Below are positions 25,811 to 31,757 of a stretch of 31,757 nt of DNA, one piece after another; the first letter of the stretch is position 1; each line of letters opens with the position of its first letter. Origin of the DNA: Pseudomonadota bacterium (GTDB lineage Bacteria; Pseudomonadota; Gammaproteobacteria; JAKAQQ01). The translations under genes were made by a program, and so were the position numbers. The DNA is taken from assembly GCA_027320085.1 (NCBI GenBank), contig DAHVLZ010000008.1:1-31757 (forward strand), read 5' to 3'. The notes beneath the pieces were generated by a model, which had not been told where the DNA came from, searched no databases, and was given only the letters and a program-made list of their open reading frames with translations.

Positions 25811-26119
25811 TCACGAAAAAAACAGGTTGAGCCAGGCACTCGCGAAGAACACCAGGCTGAGCCCCAGGGCCACACGCAAAAACAGGCTGAGGAATCCCCG
25901 CACTTCTCCGAAGGCCACGAGAAAGCCCAGGACGATGAGCAGGAGGGTGGCCACGAGACGGGCCGTGGTTCCACTGAGGTCCTCGACCATGGTTTCGAGA
26001 ACACCGTCCCACGGCAAGGTTCCGGCGGCCCGGGCCAGTACCGGCAGGCATCCGGTGGCGAGCCCCAGCGTGAAGCCCAGGATTTTTCGGTGCTGGGAAG
26101 GACGTCTGTTCTCAATCAT
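25811..26119 (-). CDS. trbC: TrbC/VirB2 pilin
   Basis: GGAG RBS, signal ending ARA, LPWDGVL......LSG..A, AFGE and two hydrophobic helices. Confidence 0.87.
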   Translation of the reverse strand: MIENRRPSQHRKILGFTLGLATGCLPVLARAAGTLPWDGVLETMVEDLSGTTARLVATLLLIVLGFLVAFGEVRGFLSLFLRVALGLSLVFFASAWLNLFFS

Positions 26120-26145
26120 TGCGATCTCCAGGAAAAAAAACCGTC

Positions 26146-27213
26146 TCAAACCCGGTCCCGATCCGTGATCCGGACCGGTTCCAGGCGGTAACCCTCCGCG
26201 TGTGCGGGGCCCACCGCCATGATCTCGGCGGGTTTCCGCCTACCGGAAACCCGCTCCATGTGCACGACGTAATCGAAGGCCGAGGCGACCTGGTTCCGGA
26301 TGGCCGCCTGGGGCCAGTCGAGGCCCGCCGTGAGCACCAGGTTTTCGAGGCGGACGAGACCTTCCCGCGCACTGTTGGCATGCACGCTCGTGAGCGTGCC
26401 CCGGTGCCCCGTATTGCAGGCCAGGAGGAGATCGAAGGCCTCGGCTCCCCGGACCTCTCCGATCAGGAGGCGGTCCGGTCGCAAACGAAGCGCCAGCCGC
26501 ACGAGGGAGCGGGCCTCGAGTCCCGGTGCATCGCGGGCCTCCAGGGACACCCAGTTGGCCGTGGAGATTCGGAGTTCCGGTGTCTCCTCGATGCTGATCA
26601 CCCGTTCGTCCGGCGCAAGTGCGGTGAGCAGACCGTTCAAAAACGTCGTTTTTCCGGAGGAGGTCCCGCCAGTGACCAGAAAATTCTTGCGCGCCCGGAT
26701 CTCCTCCTGGAACCAGCCCGCCCACCCGGACGAAAGACGGGACCGCTCCCCCGGCCGCTCCCCCGGCCGGTTCCCCGGCCGGTTCCCCGGCCCGGGCGAG
26801 GCTGGCTGGCCGATCGGGGCACAGAGGGCTTCCAGGCTGGGAGTCCGGGACTGCGGTTTCCGCATGCTGAGCACATCTCCCCGCACCGAAACCGGATGGC
26901 AGACGGCCGTGATCCGGAGATCCTCGAAACGCGTGTCCAGATAGGCCGGTGCCGGGTAGCCCGTTCCGATATCCCGGCCGGCGAGCCGGCCGAGCGCCGT
27001 GATGGCGCTGCGGATGGCGAGCGGTGGGAGCACGAGGCCGGGAGACTCGAAACGGCCCCGGGACTCAACCCAGATCTCGTCCGGCCGATTGACCATGATT
27101 TCCTCGACCTCGGGATCCGCAAGCCACGGTTGGAGGGGTGCGAACAGGAGGCCGAGAAGGGTGGTGGCGGGAGTCGTGGTCGACATGCCGACATTGGAGC
27201 ATGCCGGAGGCAT
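26146..27213 (-). CDS. trbB: TrbB/VirB11 traffic ATPase
   Basis: EIMVN, GGTSSGKTT, IEETPEL, LRLRPDRLLIGEVRG and NTGHRG.L.SVHANS. The start could be 27186. Confidence 0.92.
   Translation of the reverse strand: MPPACSNVGMSTTTPATTLLGLLFAPLQPWLADPEVEEIMVNRPDEIWVESRGRFESPGLVLPPLAIRSAITALGRLAGRDIGTGYPAPAYLDTRFEDLRITAVCHPVSVRGDVLSMRKPQSRTPSLEALCAPIGQPASPGPGNRPGNRPGERPGERSRLSSGWAGWFQEEIRARKNFLVTGGTSSGKTTFLNGLLTALAPDERVISIEETPELRISTANWVSLEARDAPGLEARSLVRLALRLRPDRLLIGEVRGAEAFDLLLACNTGHRGTLTSVHANSAREGLVRLENLVLTAGLDWPQAAIRNQVASAFDYVVHMERVSGRRKPAEIMAVGPAHAEGYRLEPVRITDRDRV
26743..26790 (-). repeat. 4 x 12-bp in-frame tandem repeat (PGNR PGNR PGER PGER) in trbB
   Basis: ccgctcccccgg x2 followed by ccggttccccgg x2. 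Confidence 0.9.
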
Positions 27214-27365
27214 AGAGCCCGGTTGGAAAAGCGCCGGTTAGGACCGTTGAGGGAAAATCACTCCCCCGAGCACGGGCACTCGGCCATCAGCTGAGCGTCC
27301 ACCGGCTGGCCCGATGTCCGTGTTGCGGCAGGTCCGCCTTGAGGCCCGGTTTACGAGACCGTAAG

Positions 27366-27408
27366 ATTAAGTCTACTATGCTAATATCATTGTCAGTATA
27401 GACTTAAT
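27366..27408. promoter_or_regulatory. Inverted repeat in the abiE promoter (candidate autoregulatory operator)
   Basis: Perfect 10-bp arms ATTAAGTCTA-N23-TAGACTTAAT immediately before the AGAGG RBS. Confidence 0.7.
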
Positions 27409-27413
27409 AGAGG

Positions 27414-28184
27414 ATGCCAATGGCAGACCCTCGCGAGCGGTTCCTCGAGCGCTTCGCCCGAGCACTCTTTCACACTCCCCACTCAGGATTTGTGCTGAAG
27501 GGCGGAACCGCCTTGCGCGCGCTTTTCGGCCCCGAACGCCTGACCCGGGATATCGACCTCGATTTCACGGGAGCCAGGCGCAGTGCCGACTCGTTATTTG
27601 CGAGCGTACGCCGCGCCATTGAGACCGCGGCACGGGGGCTTGAACTCAAGGATCTCACGGTCTCCGAGTCCAGCAAGGCCGAAATGAGCCCGCGCTTCAG
27701 GGTGAAGTTCACGACGCCGGAGGGGAGGGAGCACCATGTCGAGATTGAAGTTTCACGGGATCCGAAGCGTGCGCCGCCCGGGAAGGTGGTGCAGCAGGCT
27801 TTCGTGCCGGAGGCCGCGCCCGGGATCGCCCGTTTCTGGGTCGACATCTATGATGAACCCACGCTTGCCGCGACCAAACTGTCGGCGCTCCTCGGCCGCG
27901 AAACCCCTCGTGATGTCTACGACCTCGATCTCTTGAGGGGCAAGACCGGGATGATGGATGCGAAGCTCATCGAGTGGGCGGTCGACCGGGCGCAACTCGG
28001 GGGAGAGGATCCCATCCAGGTCCTCTGGGCGCATCTCGACGGCTTGAGCTATGGACGTTGTGAGGCTGAGCTCATTCCGTCACTCAAGCCCGGGGTGGCC
28101 GGGCGCCTCGACGAGACCGAATGGACTGCCATGAAACTCAGGGTCGGCGAGTATGCCGAACGCGTCCTCGGGACGGTCAAATGA
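27414..28184 (+). CDS. AbiEii/MenT-like (DUF1814) nucleotidyltransferase toxin
   Basis: FVLKGGTALR.....RLTRDIDLD, IEIEVS and KLSALLGR..PRDVYDL. Confidence 0.9.
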   Translation: MPMADPRERFLERFARALFHTPHSGFVLKGGTALRALFGPERLTRDIDLDFTGARRSADSLFASVRRAIETAARGLELKDLTVSESSKAEMSPRFRVKFTTPEGREHHVEIEVSRDPKRAPPGKVVQQAFVPEAAPGIARFWVDIYDEPTLAATKLSALLGRETPRDVYDLDLLRGKTGMMDAKLIEWAVDRAQLGGEDPIQVLWAHLDGLSYGRCEAELIPSLKPGVAGRLDETEWTAMKLRVGEYAERVLGTVK

Positions 28185-28843
28185 AAGCCTGGCAGAGGCG
28201 TCTCGAAGAAACGCTCAGGGCGACCGATGCCCCGGCCGTGTTGAGTCGGGATCTCCTCACCCGCATGGCGCGCACGGCCCGCGAAGGGGAGCCTGTGCCC
28301 ACGAGCAGCCTCACGCATTGGCTCAAGGGCGCGCGTGCCGCCGAGCACCTCGTTCCGGTCGTCCGGGGGCTCTATCTGAATCAATACCGGAGAAGCCCCG
28401 TCTCGCTGGTGGATGCGGCACATCTGCTCGTGGCCGATGCGGTTATTTCCCTGAACACGGTGCTGGGGGACGGGGGGATACTCAACAATCCGTCACGAAT
28501 TGTGACGGCGATGGTGCCGATTGACCGCCGCGCGCCACCGCCGAAGCTTGGGCGGCGTACGACACGGGTGGGGACCGTCCATTTCTTCGGTTTGCCGCGG
28601 CGGATCCTCGAGGCGGGCCGGCCGGAAGACCGGCTCGAATCCACGACCCCGCGCGATCACGCGCGTGCCACACCCGAGAAGGCACTCCTGGATTGGCTTT
28701 ACCTGTCAGAAAGCCCGCGTAGCCGCCGGACGTTACCGCCCAAGGGCGACTTGGATCTCGACTTGCTGGATCGCGCAAGACTCAAGCGCCTTGCGGCGGC
28801 GATGGGATTGACCCGTGCGCTCTCAAGCTGGTGGACGAGCTGA
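28181..28843 (+). CDS. AbiEi-like type IV antitoxin
   Basis: wHTH-like N-terminus (LVPVVRGLYLN), AVISLNTVL...G and ATPEKALLDWLYL. The ATG overlaps the toxin stop. Confidence 0.78.
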   Translation: MKAWQRRLEETLRATDAPAVLSRDLLTRMARTAREGEPVPTSSLTHWLKGARAAEHLVPVVRGLYLNQYRRSPVSLVDAAHLLVADAVISLNTVLGDGGILNNPSRIVTAMVPIDRRAPPPKLGRRTTRVGTVHFFGLPRRILEAGRPEDRLESTTPRDHARATPEKALLDWLYLSESPRSRRTLPPKGDLDLDLLDRARLKRLAAAMGLTRALSSWWTS

Positions 28844-28957
28844 GTGAACCCATGGCCTCCGGCACGCCAGGTACCGCTCGATTGGGAGCAACTTGAGGGG
28901 CAGATGCGGGGAAAGTCGGCCCGAATTACCAAAAAGCTTCATTGCGCCTGTGACAAC

Positions 28958-29300
28958 GAGTGAACTGTGCCAGCTGATGTGGGAGTGATGCGGTGTGTTG
29001 GATCAAGGTACTTCCACTTCACGGTCTTGGGGGCCTTGTTGTACTGACGGATATAGCGCATGAGCTTCCCCTTGAGATCCGGGACCGAGGTGAACACGCC
29101 ACGGGCGATGACATCGCGCTCGATCCTGGGAAACCACCACTCGACCGGGTTGAGCCGGGAGGAGTATGTCGGGGCAAGTGCAGATGAACCCGCGGATGCA
29201 TCACCCGGAAGTCCCCGACCCGCCCAGGCTTGTGGGCCAAGAGGTTGTCGGCCATGACATGGATCTCCCGGCCCCGAGAGTGGTTGACCACAATGTGATA
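28958..29300 (-). mobile_element. IS630-family transposase 3' remnant (frameshifted)
   Basis: EIHVMADNLLAHK / PTYSSRLNPVEWWFPRIERDVIARGVFTSVPDLKGKLMRYIRQYN. Confidence 0.87.
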
Positions 29301-29332
29301 CCTCTCCCCGTTCTTGCTCACAGTTCCGGGTG

Positions 29333-29779
29333 CTAGAGCGATACGCCAGGAGGACACACGAACCACGTGAAAAGCTGCCCCAGCCTCTTCTGCTTCGCTC
29401 TGCTGAAATCACCCCAAACTTGACCATGGAAGGGATTCTCTCCCGTTGGATCGTATCCGACTTGAAAGCCTTCACGTCGAAGCGACCCCGCAACAAATCG
29501 GATGGAGCCGGTCCAATGGGGTCTTGTCACCCATTCTCTGGCATCATGCCCAGCCTCCTCAATCTGCTGTTGGAGGTCAATGGACATGCCGCCATTTGTA
29601 CCTGTAGAAGCTCGAAAAGCCATGGAAGAGAGCCTCTGGCCGCCAATTACTTTCTCGTCCGGGACGAGCCAGAGTTTGGGGATCCGTCTGATAATTCCAT
29701 CCGTTGGCTGAATTCCCCCATGGTCATGGGGTGTTACATTTCCCGCGCCATCACGCGGGGGCTCATAAAGCGCCGGCAT
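29333..29779 (-). CDS. Hypothetical protein, possible ADP-ribosyltransferase-fold toxin
   Basis: Clean 148-aa ORF overlapping the upstream gene, with motif pattern IIRRI...SSMAF...GMSIDL...NPFHGQV. The fold call is inference. Confidence 0.6.
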   Translation of the reverse strand: MPALYEPPRDGAGNVTPHDHGGIQPTDGIIRRIPKLWLVPDEKVIGGQRLSSMAFRASTGTNGGMSIDLQQQIEEAGHDAREWVTRPHWTGSIRFVAGSLRREGFQVGYDPTGENPFHGQVWGDFSRAKQKRLGQLFTWFVCPPGVSL

Positions 29780-30254
29780 GCTGTTCCGTGACGTTCTGCA
29801 CCCACTTTGCAACGATTGAAAAGTCTGTCTTCAGTTCCCGTTCCTCGCCACCGGAATTTTCGTCATCAACCCTGGTGTACCACGCGCGGACGTTGTTCGG
29901 AGCCAGAACGTGCAATTCGATGTCGCCTTTTGCAGTGTGCCACTCGAGTTGAAGGTCTCCTCCAACCCCCGGAACGATCATTGGCGCTGGAGTAGCGGGT
30001 CCGCAAATTCTCTCAAGCACCCGGAATGCGAATACCGCGTTCACGAAGCTCACTGGCATCGCCCGGTATCCATCCCAACCGGGTTCCAACTTTACAAGCT
30101 CCCCCAACTTTTTGGTGATGTCCGCACTCCACAGCGGCTTAACCTCGTCAATCAGGACGCGCGCCTCAAACTGGAGCGGCGTAAACCGCGTGGAGCTGCT
30201 TGTCCTGCAAGACGACACATCAAGGTCGTGATTCATCAAGGCCGGAATGCTCAC
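29763..30254 (-). CDS. Hypothetical protein ('GWDGY' family)
   Basis: The GTG start overlaps the upstream TGA (GTGA). Motifs L..LEPGWDGY.A.P.S and P.IVP...GDLQLEW. Confidence 0.7.
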   Translation of the reverse strand: MSIPALMNHDLDVSSCRTSSSTRFTPLQFEARVLIDEVKPLWSADITKKLGELVKLEPGWDGYRAMPVSFVNAVFAFRVLERICGPATPAPMIVPGVGGDLQLEWHTAKGDIELHVLAPNNVRAWYTRVDDENSGGEERELKTDFSIVAKWVQNVTEQHAGAL

Positions 30255-31066
30255 CTAGTCCGTCTCCATTTCACATGAGCCGCTTTTGTCGTCAGGTCAG
30301 CAAATCGGGACACGATCAAACTCCTCCCCTTCGCCAGGAATTCAAAAGCCGACTCCTTAGAGTTATCCGTTGGAGCACCGCGCGCAGTCAGGGACATGAC
30401 AATGATCCGCTTCCCCTTTTGCGTGATGGCTATCTGGCATTCGCACGTCAACCGGCCCCAAGGCGGGCCATCAGCATCCCGGATGATCTCCCGAAACCCG
30501 ATCGAGAAGTCCTCCGGTTCAGGCCCACCAAAATCGACAAAGTGCAGCCAGTCCGAGACCTTCTGCCTGTCAGCAAGTTCGAAAGGGATATGATTAACGT
30601 AGGTTATTTCGCACTGACTAATAAACAACGACTGCGGAGACAACTTGCCGAAGTATTCCCCCAGCTTTTCGAGCTCATCACGGAACTGGGTCATCATGGC
30701 TTCAAATCGGGGATACTCGTTCTCCTCATTCCCAACCTTCCGCCAATTGTGAAGGAGGCGATCCTGCTGGAATTGAATCAGCTCAGTGCCATCAGGTCGC
30801 ACGAACCAAAAGCGATCGTGCACCGGTCCCGGCATGACCTCAAACTTGACCAATCGTGCCGGAAGGCCAAAAGTCTCAAACATCGGAGCAATCGGCTCGT
30901 GCTCCTCGACCTTCGGGAACCCAGAGCGAAATAGCCCCCATACTTCTCCTGCATTGATTTGCCGATAGCCTTTCGGCGGACTAAACTGGACACCCAGCAC
31001 CACTTCATTAATCGGCGGCGCCTCAAAATCAGGCAGGTCGGCGGGTCTCTTTGGAATATGCGCCAC
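30251..31066 (-). CDS. TIGR04255-family protein
   Basis: N-terminal LPDFEAPPINEVVLGVQF, RFWF, LIQFQQDRLLHNWRK, YPRFE, EITYVNHI and C-terminal F.DLTT..AH..W. GTG start 31066 after GAGG. Confidence 0.8.
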   Translation of the reverse strand: MAHIPKRPADLPDFEAPPINEVVLGVQFSPPKGYRQINAGEVWGLFRSGFPKVEEHEPIAPMFETFGLPARLVKFEVMPGPVHDRFWFVRPDGTELIQFQQDRLLHNWRKVGNEENEYPRFEAMMTQFRDELEKLGEYFGKLSPQSLFISQCEITYVNHIPFELADRQKVSDWLHFVDFGGPEPEDFSIGFREIIRDADGPPWGRLTCECQIAITQKGKRIIVMSLTARGAPTDNSKESAFEFLAKGRSLIVSRFADLTTKAAHVKWRRTR

Positions 31067-31617
31067 AGTTAAAGATGTCCTCACCGTTCTTGAGTTGCGC
31101 TGGACGAGCACTCGGTGCGTTCACAATCACTTCCCGCTCCTGAACACCAATTTTGCTCGTTTGGCAGCGCTCCGGAAATTTCCACCCTCCACCAGATGCC
31201 CCGGGGGATGACTCCCCTACTGGCATTTTGGGGATAGTTTGCTTGTGCGAGCGTCCCTTCTTGGGCTGGGGACTGAGGCACGCATTGAGGCATCCTCACC
31301 CGATCAGCCACCCGTCGGAACCACATGCCACGCGCCATGACCGGCTCTGTGCCAGCAGAGCCCAACGTGTTCAGCTGCAATCAATGTTAGCCCTCTCCAG
31401 GCCGCAAGGCAATAAAAGCATACTGCATGCTTGTCGCTCACACGTGCGTCTATTCAACCTTATTTTGCACAAAACAGCATTGCCGCAGTGGGCACCATGT
31501 CAACCATCGTTTTGCAAATGGACGAAAAATCACCGGACCGCCATAGAGGAGGCGGAAGGTGGGATTCCAGCTGCTCTGGGGTTCCTGGGTTAGCCCGCCT
31601 GGACGCAGTGGGGCGAA

Positions 31618-31757
31618 TCAGACCGTGAAGGAGGACCCGCACCCGCAGGTGGTCACGGCATTGGGGTTCCGGATCACGAACTGCTCGCCTTCGGCATCGT
31701 TCGCGTAGTCAATCTCCGCCCCCTGGAGATACTGCAGGCTGAGCGGATCAACCAGGA
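31618..31757 (-). CDS. erpA: Iron-sulfur cluster insertion protein ErpA (3' part, runs off the window)
   Basis: My translation is [45 protein letters not shown]. It is not in the ORF track. Confidence 0.92.
   Translation of the reverse strand, partial: LVDPLSLQYLQGAEIDYANDAEGEQFVIRNPNAVTTCGCGSSFTV

Noticed and set aside
28844-28957. Short frame containing VPLDWEQL, similar to the LigD polymerase tail
   Set aside because: Too short to support and no other LigD motifs.
31081-31617. ORFs or an RNA gene/att site downstream of erpA
   Set aside because: No motif-bearing ORF, no tRNA cloverleaf and no direct repeat matching another boundary was found by eye.

Overview
Chromosomal window from a GC-rich, probably gammaproteobacterial genome. 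The host assignment is an inference from cca, erpA and two GlyGly-CTERM proteins. The window has four parts. (1) 1-14.0 kb is a mixed accessory region. It holds two GlyGly-CTERM surface proteins (a YVTN beta-propeller and an S53 peptidase with PKD domains), hipBA with four operators, and a 2-kb transposase-less Tn21-type element (mntA, broken hepT, Cdd1-like, VOC, serine recombinase). It also holds a TetR regulator, brnA with a dead brnT, and an IS630 scar. (2) 14.1-18.2 kb is housekeeping genes: NDUFA9-like SDR, cca and an S9 peptidase. (3) 18.0-27.2 kb is an intact, translationally coupled trbB-C-D-E-J-L-(orf)-F-G-I type IV secretion operon. No relaxase, coupling protein, TraF or integrase is visible, and its end is fused into the 3' end of the S9 gene. 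(4) 27.3-31.6 kb is a small defence-like island before erpA: an order-reversed AbiE type IV TA pair, an IS630 scar, and a lower-GC three-gene operon (TIGR04255-like protein, 'GWDGY' protein, putative ART-fold protein). The best candidates for undescribed systems are that three-gene operon and the apparently domesticated, non-conjugative Trb machine. All family calls come from motif recognition by eye; no database searches were run.
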